Below, in pieces: positions 35,280 through 48,282 of a stretch of DNA of 64,000 bases. Positions within the stretch are counted from its first letter, which is position 1; every line of letters begins with the position of its first letter. The notes beneath the pieces are model-generated. The model was not told where the DNA came from. It saw nothing but the letters and a program-made list of their open reading frames with translations, and made no database searches. The position numbers were made by a program, and so were the translations under genes. The stretch lies in contig NC_086098.1 of NCBI RefSeq assembly GCF_963921235.1, forward strand, positions 24,180,001-24,244,000. The letters run 5' to 3'. The stretch comes from Mobula hypostoma. Lineage: Eukaryota.

Positions 35280-37035
35280 AAGTTTCTTTAGATACATAAA
35301 AGTGTAAAAGAGAAGCAAGAGTGGATAGCGGACTACTGGAATACAATGCTGAAGAGGTAGTAATGGGGTGCAAGGAAATGGCAGATGAACTGAACAAGCA
35401 TTTTGCATCAGTCTTCACTGTGGAAGACACTAGCAGCATGGTGGAAGTTCCAGGTGTCAGGGATCATGAAGTATGTGAAGTTACCACTACTAGAGAGAAA
35501 ACTCTTGAGAAACTGAAAGGTCTGAAGGTAGATGGTGTACACCGCAGGGTTCTGAAAGAGGTGGCTGGAGTGATTACGGATCTTTCAAGTATCACTAGAT
35601 TCTGGAATGGTTCCACAAGACTGGAAAATTGTAAATGTCATTGCACTCTTCAAGAAGGGAGAGAGGCAAAAGAAAGGAGAGGAAATCATAGGTCAATTAG
35701 TTTGACCTCAGTGGTTGGGAAGATGTTGGAGTCAATTGTTAAGGATGTGGTTTCTGAGTACCCGGAGGCATATGATAAAATAGGCCGCAGTCAGCATGGT
35801 TTTCTCAAGGGAAAATCTTGCCTGGCAAATCTGTTGGAATTCTTTGAAGAAATAACAAGCAGGAGCGACAAAGGAAAATCAGTTGATGTTGCATACTTGG
35901 ATTTTCAGAAGGCTTTTGACAAGGTGCCACATATGAGGCTGCTTAACAAGATAAGAGCCCCTGGTATTACAGGAAAGATTCTAGCATGGATAAAGCAGTG
36001 GCTGAATGGCAGGAAAAAAGAGTGGGAATAAAGGAAGTGCTTTCTGGTTAGTGGCCGATGACTAGTGGTGTTCCACAGGGGTCTGTGTTGGAATGATTCT
36101 TTTTACATTATATGTCAATGATTTGGACAATGGAATTGATGGCTTTGCTGCAAAGTTTACAGATGATATGAAAATAGGTGGGGGGCAGGTAATTTTGAGG
36201 AAGTAGAGAAGCTACAGAAGGACTTACAAAGATTAGGAGAACGGGCAGAGAAGGGGCAGATGGAATATAGTGTCGTGATTTGTCTGGTCATGCACTTTGG
36301 TAGAAGAAATGAAAGCGTTGACTTGTCTAAATGGAGAGAAAATACAAAAAAACTGAGGCGCAAGGGGAGTTGGGAGACCTTGTGCAGGATTCCCTAAAAG
36401 TTAATTTGCAGGTTGATACTGTTGTGGGGAAAGCAAATGTGATGTTAGCATTCATTTCAAGAGGACTAGAATATAAAGCACTGATGACGCCTCACTTGGA
36501 GCATTGTGAGTAGTTTTGGGCCCCTTATCTTAGGAAAGCATGTGCTGAAACTGGAGAAGTTCAAAGAAGGTTCATGAAAATGATTCCAGGATTGAAAGGC
36601 TTGCCATACAAAGAGCATTTGATCGCTCTGGGTCTTTATTCACAAGAATTCAGAAGAATGAGGGGTGACCTTATTGAAATCTATCAAATGGTGAAAGGCC
36701 TTGATAGAGTGGGTGTGGAGAGGATGTTTCCTAAGGTGGGAGAGTTAAGACCAGAGGACATAGCCTCAGAATAGAGGGGTGTCCTTTTAGAATGGAGATG
36801 AGGAGGAATTTTTTTTAGAGGGAGAGTGGTGAATCTGGCAGCAGTGGACGCCAAGTCTTAACGTATATTTAAGGCAGAGGTTGATAGATTCTTGATTGGT
36901 CAGGGCATGAAGGGATAAGGAGAAAGCAGGAGTTTGGGGTTAAGAGGGAAAATGGATCAGCCATGATGAAATGGCGGAGAAGACTCGATGGCCCAAATGG
37001 CCTAATTCTGCTTGTATATCTTACAGTCTTATGGT
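35280..37035 (+). mobile_element. Decayed CR1 ORF2 3' portion
   Basis: MADELNKHFASVFT, SQHGFLKGKSCLANLLEFF, LDFQKAFDKVPH, and 3'UTR. Confidence 0.92.
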
Positions 37036-37478
37036 TTTTCTGTTTACCACTAGGATTACTCAATACCAGCATTGGTAACTATGTTGCATGTTTACCAACC
37101 ACAACAAAACTATAAATGGAAATATTTGACAGATCAAGCAGCATATCTTTGCAACTTAACCAACTCATTTATCACTTTCTCAGTCCTAGTGAAGAGTCCA
37201 CAACCTGAAATGTTAACTGTTATTGTTTGCACTGATGTTGTCTGATCTGCTGAGCTTTTTCTGCACACCACATGTATGCCACTTTTACTAGTTAGATATA
37301 GTAGAAAGCCCATGTATCACCATTACAATGCAGTGATAGCTGGCAGGTAAAATGAGAGAAGTCGGTGATTGTAAAACTACAAATTTAGATGGCTTTAAAT
37401 TACCTGTGTCCATTTTATAAGTTTATTTTGATTTGTTGGAGAATTTTTTATGTTGTAAAATTCTGCTTTGATAAACAG

Positions 37479-37548
37479 TTGAAGCGCTGGTGACTATTGG
37501 GAAAAATGTACTCCTTCAAAATGGCATAGACGATCTGTCGGATGTGAG
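37479..37548 (+). CDS. HINT3: HINT3 exon 3
   Basis: aacag acceptor; (V)EALVTIGKNVLLQNGIDDLSDV plus AG; gtatgt donor; 70 nt; phases fit both neighbours. Confidence 0.93.
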
Positions 37549-38028
37549 GTATGTACACTATTGTAGAAATTGACTGCTTGTATGCCAATAATTTTATTCC
37601 AAAGAAATTATGGTTAGGATGTATGTTAGTTTTGATAAGCAATGAACTTTATAGCAGTTGTCAAGAAAGGCATGAATAGCATTTAGACTAATTAAAATGA
37701 CAAATTACTATGCAACATTAAATGAATCATGATTTTATGAAATTTATTGGTGGTTCATCTTTTAAAATGGTTCATTATTTTGTATTGTTGCAAAATAAAT
37801 TAGAATGCTTGAAGTTAAATTTAATCTAACATTGCATTGTTGAGGGAAGGTGACATACAATGGCTGTGTAGGTTACTTTGTGAATATGCATTTGTGGCTG
37901 GTGTTTTTCCAGTTTGTGGTAATGTAACAGATTCCCTCTGTCAACATCTAGTCAGAGCTGCCCTCAATGTCGAAACATGGAGAGTTAGAAAATTTAAGAT
38001 AGCCTGATGCTACATTACTTTTGTGCAT

Positions 38029-38151
38029 GCAGGGTCTCGGCCTGAAACGTCGACTGTACCTCTTCCTAGAGATGCTGCCTGGCCTGCTGCGTTCACCAGC
38101 AACTTTGCTGTGTGTTGCTTGAATTTCCAGCATCTGCAGAATTCCTGTTGT
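38029..38151 (+). mobile_element. 5'-truncated Penelope-like terminal repeat with 14-bp TSD
   Basis: ttacttttgtgcat at 38015-38028 and 38152-38165; starts inside the hammerhead motif (agggtctcggcctgaaacgtcgact), lacking CUGANGA. Confidence 0.8.
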
Positions 38152-38387
38152 TTACTTTTGTGCATCTTCAATGTTGCTGTAAATATTTAGGCACATTTTC
38201 TCCAACTTGGATTGAATTATTTTTATCCACTGCTGTACTTTGAAAACATTAAATTAAAAATAAACATTAGTTAAATTTAATATTTAGGTTTCATCTGACA
38301 TAATTAATTTTTTATTGAAGCTTTATTGCTGAGATTTTTGTGAAACTTATGTTGAGTATAGTTACTTAATTCTGGGTTTTTTTGCAG

Positions 38388-38514
38388 GCTTGGTTTTCAC
38401 TGGCCACCATTTTGCTCAGTAGCTCATCTACACTTGCATGTACTAGCTCCAGCTAGTCAGATGGGATTTATGTCAAGAATGATGTACAGAGCAAATTCTT
38501 ACTGGTTTATCACA
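38388..38514 (+). CDS. HINT3: HINT3 exon 4 with the HIT motif
   Basis: tttgcag acceptor; (R)[42 protein letters not shown]; gtgagt donor. Confidence 0.97.
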
Positions 38515-38587
38515 GTGAGTATTTTGTTTTCATTTGATGAATAATAATGTTGTAAGTGAAAATGCAAATCATTTCTCTCTGGGTTGT

Positions 38588-38680
38588 TTACTAACATAGT
38601 TAGTAACATAACTGCTAGTCTGGTTATAACATGGTAGCATAACTGCTCGTCTGGTTACTAACATGGTTAGTAACATAGGT
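38588..38680. repeat. Short imperfect tandem repeat
   Basis: Recurring taacatagttagtaacata and cataactgct(a/c)gtctggtta units. Confidence 0.6.
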
Positions 38681-39194
38681 AATCCTTGGTTGTTATAAGA
38701 AAGATCGACACACAAAGATTCATTTTAACACTCCTGGGATTGGAAGATAAATTGGACAGGCTCTGTTCCCTCTTGCTATTGAACTCATGCCGAATGTATA
38801 CTTTGAGTCTGCTATAGTTGTTCAGTTCTAAAGTTAGTTTTAATTAATTGACTACATTGATCCAAAGTTTTGTGTTACAGTACATGAAAGGTATATGTCA
38901 TGGGTTTAAATTATTTGAAGATTTTGTTTTACGTTGAAGATTGCTTGGGATTGTCCCTGTTTAGCAGGCCATTCAATTCAATAATTCGTAAGCATCTGAA
39001 AATAATCACAGCACCTTGATTATCAGAGCCTATCCTACCAGATCTTTTTTGAACAAGCTGCCCAATTTACTCCTAAACACCCAGTGTTTATCCCAAGATT
39101 TTGCACTTCTCTTCGGGTTCCAAATGTCCAGTATTTGGATTGCTGTATTAGAATATTTTAACTAAATCATTCCATGTAGTGTGGATACTTAAGC

Positions 39195-41100
39195 ACTTCA
39201 AGATACATGTTTATTTATCATGTAAAGATCGAACCATACTACAGTGAAATGTGCCATTTGCATTAACATGGGTATGCTGGGGGCAGTAAGTGTCGCCACA
39301 CATTTGGGTGCCAACATAGCATGCCCAGCAGAATGACAAAACAGAACACAACAAACAACAAAGAAAAACAAGCCCTGTTCTTCCCTCCCATGCACGCGCA
39401 CACACACAGCCCTTAACCCCAACACCCCAAGACAGGCTGTCTTCTTTGACCTCCACCCTCGATCAGACTCACACACACATACATTGGGCCTTCAATAACC
39501 CCAGAGCACTCATGGACCCGGGGTTCTGGCCGATGGGCCTCTATTTCTGCACTACTGATTTGGCCCTCCTCATCAACCATAGGACTCGAACTCTGGCCTC
39601 CCTGATGACAGGACCCTGAACATTAGGCCTCGAACTCTGGTTTCACCGATTCACAATCCTAGTGGATCATCGGACCTCATTGCTCCTGCTTGCACAGAAC
39701 TCCAACTCAGGAACCCCAACTCCTGAACCCACTGGCAACTTGCCACCACCTTTCATCCACGCTAGTCTGCCAGTCTGACATATGCCTGAACATCCCAAAT
39801 GTCCCGCATTGCATGACCGTCCTTCAAAGATTCAGAAGTACTTTTATTACCAATGTATACATTATACAACCTTGAGTTTCATCTCCGAACAGGCAGCCAC
39901 AAAACAAAGAAACCCAAAACAACCCATATATTAAAAAGAGACTGTTGAACACCCAATGTGCTGTGAAAAAACAAACTTGCAATCAAATAGCGTTCTGAAC
40001 TAAAGTCCACAGGAGTCCCATAGTTCGGCGCAGAGCCGAGCAAACCTCACGGAGCAGCAACCTAAAACTTGCCTCGGGCCCCGTCACCCTGACCTTTTCA
40101 ATCTGGTTCAGTGCCGAAATCCTTGTCCAAACATCAGGTTCAATTATCTTGATATGCCGTGGGGCCAGGACCCCGCCGCTTTGAGTTGGCCTGTAACCGA
40201 CACTTCTGATCTGCCATGGCGCTTAAATCTCTGTACAAACATCAGGTTCAGTCACCTCGATACGCTCTGGGGCCAGGACCCCACCACTTCGATTCAGTCC
40301 TATGCTTAAATCACCACACAAACATCGAGTTCAGTCGAATCTGAATGCTCTGGTGCTTAGACCCTATCACCTCGATTCGGCTTGTACCCGACCTTTCTGA
40401 TTCATCACGGCAATAAAGTCTCCATCCAAACATCAAGTTCAGTTGAGTGGGTATGCTCTGGTGCCAGAACTTTACTGTCTCGATTTGGCCTTTGGAATGT
40501 CGTTTAAAATGATTGAACTTCGGGTCCTCCTCGCTCTGCCCAATGAAGCAGTGGAGGCTACCTCGGTAAATATATTCAAGACAAGGTTGGATAGATTTTT
40601 GCGTAGTAGGGGAAATTAAGGGTTATGGGGAAAAGACAGGTAGGTGGAAATGAGTCTATGTTCAGGTTAACCGTGACCTTACTGAATGGCAGAGCAGGCT
40701 TGACGGGCCAGATGGCCGACTCCTGCTCCTATTTTCTTATGTTCTTGGTGATAGGCCTGCTGCTTCAGCTGGCCTCTGTTCTGCCACATAGAATTGCCTT
40801 CAAGCTCAAAGGGAAGTTGTAGACTATTACTTGCAATGATCATTTGCCAGAATAAGTGTGATGAACAAAATATTTAGTTTTTCCTGTCGCCAGCCAGAAG
40901 TCGCTGAAGTTTATGAGCGCCATCTTAAACTAGAATCTTCGTACACAGAATGAAGACTCATGACTCCAATCAGGCCTCTCAATTCCCCCATATCCGTCCC
41001 TAAATCTTCACCTGACCCCTAACTCCCTAACCCCCAAAACACTAAAAAACTGCTAAAACTGAGCCATGACTTGAAGAGAATGTAGCTCAGCACCATCTTG
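39195..41100 (-). mobile_element. Nested non-autonomous non-LTR elements with aagatgg(c/t)g 5' ends, plus an internal CR1 3' end (+) at about 40540-40745
   Basis: Reverse-strand starts at about 40930 (aagatggcgc) and 41100 (caagatggtgc); LINE-like tails near 39200 and 39830; family unresolved. Confidence 0.55.
40090..40490. repeat. About 108-bp imperfect tandem repeat, roughly 4 units
   Basis: caaacatc(ag/ga/aa)gttca anchors at 40128, 40236, 40319 and 40427. Confidence 0.8.
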
Positions 41101-41865
41101 AACATTGTTCGTTAGTGTACAGTGGATCCAGGCAAGTTAACAGGAAAATAATTTACCCAGGTCTATCCAGATAAAGAACTGCTTTTCTTTAGTGTACAAA
41201 CTGTTGATGAGAGCTAATGAGTTTTCTTCACTCAGAAGGCAACATTGTTATTAACCATTTAGCATTTAGGTTGATGTACCTGTATTAAAATTATTAAACT
41301 CTACTGGATTCTTTTTTATGGAAGTATTTGATTTAATCTGGTGTGATTCAATGTTAACTAAATGCCCATCAAGTGGAACCTTTGTTCATATCTAGGAATG
41401 CCAGACTTTGCACATCTCTGTCCCTGCAAAGAGAATTTATGGAAATCATCTTAAGTCCCAATATTTTAGAGAAACTAAAGTTTTAGAATCAGAATTATTT
41501 TTCAGCAGAGGTGCAAAAAATACTATAAATTACAAAATGAATAAATAGTGCAATTAAGTATTTATAAAATAATTTATATTGTCCTTTGAAAGGAAGTTTT
41601 GGACTGGATCAAAATAATCTTCCCATGTAATATGTCCAAGAGTTTTATTTTAAGAAATGTTTCTCTACTTCCCTCTTAAAATGATTGGCCCCTTACATCT
41701 ATTTATTTGAACTGTCATATCCATTTGTACAAAGTACCGTCAGTCCGTGCACCCTCCTAGTAAGGTTTAGCTGTTGGGCCACAGTGAACCATTTATCTGG
41801 CTTTAGGGCTTGTTTTGTAAATTTGGTTTGTATTTCCTAGTGTTCAGAATTTCAGAAATGATCAG

Positions 41866-42012
41866 ATTGAGGTTTTGATTAAACCTGGATAAATAGATGT
41901 GAGGAATGGATCAGCCAAGGATAAATTGTCCAACGATCTATTGTCAGTTTAACTTATCCTTGGCTGATCATTATCTCAGCTCTATTTAAGCAAATTCAAT
42001 CAAGACTTCAAT
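41866..42012. repeat. Long imperfect inverted repeat (59-bp arms, 29-nt loop)
   Basis: 41866-41924 versus reverse complement of 41954-42012 is 46/59 identical ungapped, with a perfect 16-bp inner stem GATCAGCCAAGGATAA. Confidence 0.9.
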
Positions 42013-42158
42013 TAGATAAATAGTGCTAAGGTATTGATTAACCACAGTCTAAATGAAAGAACCTGGCTGAATAGCTAGTTCTGTTTCTATTACTGCTCAC
42101 TTCTAGGGATTGCTAACAAATATTAAAGTCTCACCACAATGTTTTTCTCCTCTCTAAG

Positions 42159-42215
42159 GATGAACAGTTGCTTGAAAAGCTTAAGACTCTCCCAGGTGAT
42201 TCCAGTGGAAGCTAA
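42159..42215 (+). CDS. HINT3: HINT3 exon 5 (terminal)
   Basis: Pyrimidine tract and aag acceptor; DEQLLEKLKTLPGDSSGS then TAA; resembles human ADHLIEKLRT. Confidence 0.88.
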   Translation, partial: DEQLLEKLKTLPGDSSGS

Positions 42216-43269
42216 TCAATTGAAGACCAGGGTGTAGATCCAGAAGTTCTTTCTATTTCAAGACTATAATTGTTCGTTAACCTGATCCAACTTTTGGTTT
42301 AATCAAATAGCATTAGGAGGTGATAATTCTATCTGAAAAATGTCATTTAATATGTTCCTGAATACTTGATGTTTTAATACACTATGAATTATATGAATGG
42401 CTTCAAATCCATTTAACTCAATCCAAAGTTGAATGCATAGAAGTTCATAAATAGTTAACTAAATCTGACAGCATGCAATTGGTTGTAACCCAAAATGGAA
42501 AGACTGAAGAACTTTAATTACATATACAAATGTTCTTACACAACTTATCTTACATTTTGTTTAACATTTAATTGCACTGGCATCAATACAACTTTTGTTG
42601 TAAATGTTTCAATGTGCATCAAGTATTTAATTTGAATCTGTATATATAGAATGGAAGTCTCTCCAGACTTTAAGTTAATTTTGACAATTGTATTCCTGGT
42701 TGAACAGTTCAACTTATAAAATTGCACAGGCACAGAACAATCTTTCTCTGCTTGTAATTTATAAACAATGCAAGTTAAAATTGAATGTCCAATGTGTCAT
42801 TGAGTTAAGGATTGTTTATGACTTATTGAATTAATTTATATATGAAAATATACAAATATAATGAATCAAATTATGACAGCTGGTGATGCTTTCCAGCATG
42901 CATAGCCACAAAACATTTGTATTATAAGGAAATGCAATCCATTCTAAATGCACTCTAAAAAAAGGTTAAAATCTGTTTCTCAACTGATTGGAAAAAACAC
43001 TTGGAAAGCTGTTAAGTTGATGGAGAAGGGAAGGGTGAAACTACTTTGACCTCCCCAGTCTGCTAATCACTCTCCTCATCCGTATCCTCCCATCAGCTGC
43101 CAGCTCTTGCCTCAGCTCTTCCCCTAGTCTTTTTATAGGCTACATCTCTAGCTTTCAGTCCAAATGAACCGGAAACAGCAATTGTCCGTTTCTCTCTACA
43201 GATGCTGATTTGCACTGACGTCAATCCTCAGTTTTATTTTGCTCTAGGTTTACTTACTGTTAATTAATA

Positions 43270-44432
43270 TTAGAGCAGTAGATATAGTGGATGTGGATTT
43301 CAGTAAGGCATTTGATAAGGTTCCCCATGTGAGGTTCCTTCAGGAAGTAAGGAGGCATGGGATAAAAGGAGACCTTGCTTTGTGGATCCAGAATTGGCTT
43401 GACCACAGAAGACAAAGGGTTGTTGTGGATAGTTCATATTCTGCTTGGAGGACAGTGACCAGTGCTGTTCCACAGGGATCTGTTCTGGGACCCCTCCTCT
43501 TTATGATTTTTATAAATGACCTGGATGAGGAAGTAGAAGGATGGGTTAGTAAGTTTGCTAATGATACTGAAGTTGGGGGTGTTGTGGATAGTCTGGAGTG
43601 TTGTCAGAGGTTACAGCATGACATCGATAGGATGCAGAACTGGACTGAGAAGTGGCAGATGGACTTCGACCCAGATGAGTGTGAAGTGGTTCATTTTGGT
43701 AGGTAAAATTTGAAAACAGAATATAATATTAATGGTAAGACTCAGCAGGGTGGAGGATCTGTGATATGTTGGATCCATGTCCACAGGACACTTAAAGTTG
43801 CTGTGGAGGTTGACAGTGTTGTTAAGAAGGCGTATGGTGTGTTGGCATTCATCAACCGTGGGAATGAGTTCAAGAGCCATGAGGTAATGTTACAGCTATA
43901 CAAGACCTTAGTTAGATCCCATTTGGAGTACTGTGCTAAGTTCTGAGGGTGCAGAGGAGATTTACAAGGATGTTCCCTGGATTGGAGAGCATGCCTTATG
44001 AGAATAGATTGAGTGAACTTGGCCCTTTCTCCTTGGAGCGACGAAGGATGAGGGGTGACCTGCTAGAGGTGTATAAAATGATGAGAGACAATAATTGTGT
44101 GGATAGCCTGAGGCTTTTTCCCAGGGTTGAAATGGCTAAACACGAGGGAGCATAGTTTTAAGGTGCTTGGAAGTAGGTACAAGGGGGATGTCAGGGGTAC
44201 GTTTTCACACAGAGAGTGGTTGTGTGGAATGCACTGCCAGCGAAGGTGGTAGAGGTGGATACAATAAGGTCTTTTAAGAGACTCTTAGATTGATACATGG
44301 AGCTTAGTACAATAGAGGGCTATGCGGTAGGAAAATTCTAGGCAGCTTCTAGAGTAGGTTACATGGTCGGCACAACATTGTGGGCCAAAGGGCCTGTAAT
44401 GTGATGTAGATTTTCTATATGTTCTACATTCT
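43270..44432 (+). mobile_element. CR1 RT and 3' end fragment
   Basis: DFSKAFDKVPH, PQGSVLGPLLF, KWQMDF, and tail ttctatatgttctacattcta. Confidence 0.92.
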
Positions 44433-44619
44433 ATTTACTTAATTCTATCTATCACAATTACATGCAATTAGGCATAGGCTGATAAGTGACAAGTAACATT
44501 TGGTCAGGTTGCTACAGATTGCCAAGCAACCTTCACTATCTTGGATCTTCTGTGATATTATCTTCAGTAGTCTACAATATGTGGGGACAGTCTTCTAAGG
44601 AACCATGGTAACTAGGCTA

Positions 44620-47600
44620 CAAATCAGAATCAGGCTTAATTTCATTGGCATATGTCGTAAAATTTGTTAACTTAGTAGCGGCAGCACAATGCATTACATG
44701 ATCAATATAGAAAAAGAATTACAGTAAGTATTAAATAGTTAAATTAGAAATAGTGTAAAAACAGAAATAATTTTTTAAAATTGAGGTAGCCGTTCATCAG
44801 TCCAATGTCAATTTAGAAATTGGATAGCAGAGGGGAAGAAGCTGTTCCTGAATTGTTTCTATATGTCCTTTCTAACAGTAACAATGAGAACAGGACATGT
44901 CCTGGGTGATGGGGGTTCTTAATAATGGACTCCGCCTTTCTGAGGCACCACTCCTTGAAGATGTTTTGGATACTATGGAGGCTAGTACCCATAATGGAAC
45001 TGACTCATTTTACAATTTTCTGTAGTTTCTATCAATCCTGTGCATTGTCCCACCTCCCATACTGGATAGTGATGTAGACAGTCAGAATGCTCTCCACGGG
45101 ACAGCTGTATTAGTTTGAGTGTTTTAGGTGACAAATGAGATCTCCGCAAACTCCTAATGAAATATAGCCACTGTCTTGACTTTTTTACAGTTGCATCAAT
45201 ATGTTGGGACCAGGTTAGACCCTCCGAGATATTGCCACACAGGAACTTGAAATTGCTCACTCTCTCCAATCCTGATCCCTCGATGAGAATTGGTTCTTGT
45301 TCCCGTCTTACCCTTTCTGAGTCCACAATCAGTTCCTTGGTCTTACTGATGTTCAGTGCAAGGTTGTTGCTGCGTCACCGCTCGATTAATTGGTATATCT
45401 TGCCCCTTTACGCCCTCTTGTCTCCATTTGAGATTCTGCCAACAAAGGTTGCATCATCAGCAAGTTAATAGATGGCACTTTTGAGTCATGCCTAGCCACA
45501 CAGTCATGGGTATAGAGAGTAGAGTAGTGGACTAAGCACACTGAGATGTGGCAGTGTTGATTATCAGTGACGGAGAGATGTTATTACCAATCCACTCATA
45601 TTATGGTTTTCCGGTTAGGAACTTGAGTATCCAAATGCAGAGGGAGGTACAGAGGCCCACATTCTGTAGCTTATTGATCAGGACCGTAGGAATTGTAACC
45701 CTCAGGTTTGTCCAGCTTCGTTAATTGAGGGGGAAGACAGTCTCCGGCCCAGCCAGACTTGAGAAATCTTCTTTGGATGGATGCTGCGTGATCTGTTTCT
45801 CCCATTACAAATCAGTACCACGAAATAACAAACAGTGCACAATATGGAATTAGATGATTGAGCTTTATAATTCTTAATTTGACTATAGGGTTAGTGAAGA
45901 AATCAAAAAAGAAAAAGGGCCCATTTTAATGTAACAGTTTAATACGCACGTTGGAGTTCACGGTTTTCACTTGCGTTCGTCCTCCATCATTTTCCCCCGG
46001 CTGTCGGCGACTCCTGACCCATTCTGCTCAGTCCTGCAGTCTACGACTTCCACGATCTGGCATCTTCTCCCGAACCAAAAGCCTGCGAATCCCTTCTCCC
46101 AGACACACAAGAAAGAAACAACATGCCTCTCATTTGATGGCACACATTCCAAAGCCCCCGTTATCTCTAGTCATAACCCAAACACTGCTACTACAGAGAA
46201 ACTATTACATTAGAAGTGAAACCTTACAGGGAAACCATTACATTAGCAGTGGAACCTTACAGAACGTTGGTGTTAAACGCTGAGCGGTAGTCAATGAACA
46301 GCATCCCGAGATAGGTGTTTGTTTTGTTCAGGTGTAGTAAAACCAAGTGAAGAGCCACTGAGATTCTGTCTGCCGTAGACCTATTGTGGTGATAGGCAAA
46401 TTGCAGTGTGTCCAAGTCTTTGCTGAGGCAGGAGTTGATTTTAGCCACGACCAACCTCATCACCATAGATGTGAGTGCTACTGAACAATAGTCATGAAGG
46501 CAGCTCACACCACTCTTCTTGGACACTGATATAATTGTTGCCCTTTTGAAGCAGGTGGGAACTTCAAGCGTAGCACTAAGAGACTGAAAATGTCTTTAAA
46601 TACAACTGCCAGATAGTTGGCACAAGTTTTCAGAGCCTTACCTGGTAACTTCTTCGGAGCCTACCACCTTGCAAGGGTTCACCCTCCTGAAAGGCTGATG
46701 TTGGCCTCCGAGACAGAGATCACAGGGGATTCTCACAGCTGTAGTTATATTCTCCCTTTCAAAGCAGGCATAAAAGGTGTTGCTTGTCTGGTAGTGAAGC
46801 ATCACTGCCATTCATGATGTTGGGTTTCACTTTGTAGGAAGTAATGTCCTGCAGACCCTGCCAGAGATGACCTGCATCTGACGTCACCTTCAACCTTGTT
46901 CGGAATTGTTTCTTCACTCTTGAAATAGCCCTCTGTAAGTAGTACTTGATTTTCTTGTATAGACTTCGGTCACCAGATTTAAGAGAACACATATCTAGCC
47001 CTCAGACAATGTACTCCTGGTTCATTCACAGCTTTTGGTTTGGGATTGTACAGTAAGTTTACGTAGTCATACACTCATCCACGCAGGTTTTAATGAAGTA
47101 GGTAACAACTGTGGCATACTTATCCAGAGTTGAAGATGAATCCCTGAACACAGTCCAATCCACCAATTCAAAGCAGTCCTGTAAGCACTCCTGTGCTTCC
47201 CTTGGCCATACCTTCTTGGTCCTCACTACTGGTGCTGCAGTCTTCAGTCTCTGCCTGTACTCAGGGAGTAGAAGTCCATTCAGGCGATCAGACTTACCGA
47301 AGTGTGGGCATGGAATAGCACAGTAAGCACTCTTGGTGATGGTTCAATGTGTTTTTTCCACTGGTACAAGTGACTTGTCTAGGATAACTATTTTGTGACT
47401 TTCAAGCTGGCGGTTAAAATCTCCCGAAATGACAGGAAGCCGTCAGGGTGTGCTGTTTCATGCCTGTTCAGCACATCACTCCGATCGTCTAGAGCCTGTT
47501 TGACATTGGCCAGAGGTGGAACGTACACTGCCACCAAAACAATCACTGAAATTTCCTGCAGCAGGTAAAATGGTTGACATTTCATTGTGAGGTATTCAAG

Positions 47601-47775
47601 GTCTGGTGAGCATGGGACATCACTGACACATTAGTACACCAAGAGGAATTGATCATGGGGCATACACCTCCACCTCTGTTTGAGAGACTCGTCAGCCCTA
47701 TCTTGACAGTGTATAGTGAACCCATCAATCTAAATTGCAGTGTCCAGTACGGAAGGGGTTAACCAGGATTCAGAA
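44620..47775 (-). mobile_element. Decayed Rex1/Babar LINE (endonuclease to 3' tail)
   Basis: VLVAVYVPPLANVKQAL, LWQGLQDITSYK, VALTS, MLFIDYRSAFNT, SNFKFL, QWLYFIRSLRR; (gattct)n tail near 44625. Confidence 0.9.
45694..46261. mobile_element. Solo LTR (568 bp) inside the Rex element
   Basis: TGTAA...TTACA termini; TSD gaat/gaac; about 33-bp tandem duplication at the right end; similar in architecture to the LTR ending at 54733. Confidence 0.8.
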
Positions 47776-47874
47776 GTTGGTATCTTGCCACAAGTGATTC
47801 ACCCGACACTCTAAAGGCTTTCAATCATTTACAAAATCTAAGCCAGGGGTATGAAGGACAAAGCATCCTGCTTA

Positions 47875-48282
47875 AGACCATAACGTATAGAAGAATTAGT
47901 CCATTTGGTCCATCAAGTCTGCTCCACTATTCTTCCTCTCAGCCCCAATCTCCTGTCTTCTCCTCATACTCCTTCATGCCCTGACCAATCAAGAATCTAT
48001 TAACTTCTGCCTTAACCATACACAGAGACTTGGCCTTCACAGCTGGCCTGTGGCAACAAATTTCACAGATTCACAACTCTCTGGCTAAAGAAATTCCTGC
48101 TCACCTCCATAAAAGGACACCTCTCTATTCTGAGGCTGTGTCCTCTGGTTCTAGACTCTCCCACCATAGGAAACATCCTCTCTATATCCATTCTGTGAAG
48201 GCCTTTCACCATTCGATAGGCTTCAATTAGGTCACCCTTCATTCTTCTGAATTCTATTGAGTACAGGCCTAGAGCCATCAAA
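47875..48282 (-). mobile_element. CR1 3' end
   Basis: LGLYSIEFRRMKGDLIE...NFFSQRVVNL and 3'UTR on the minus strand. Confidence 0.88.

Noticed and set aside
40090-40490. CRISPR-like repeat-spacer array
   Set aside because: Vertebrate context, the inter-anchor sequences are homologous to each other, and there are no cas genes; it is a tandem repeat
29975-42169. HINT3 exons 2 and 5 both begin gatgaacagtt
   Set aside because: The 11-nt identity does not extend further and is most likely coincidence rather than exon duplication
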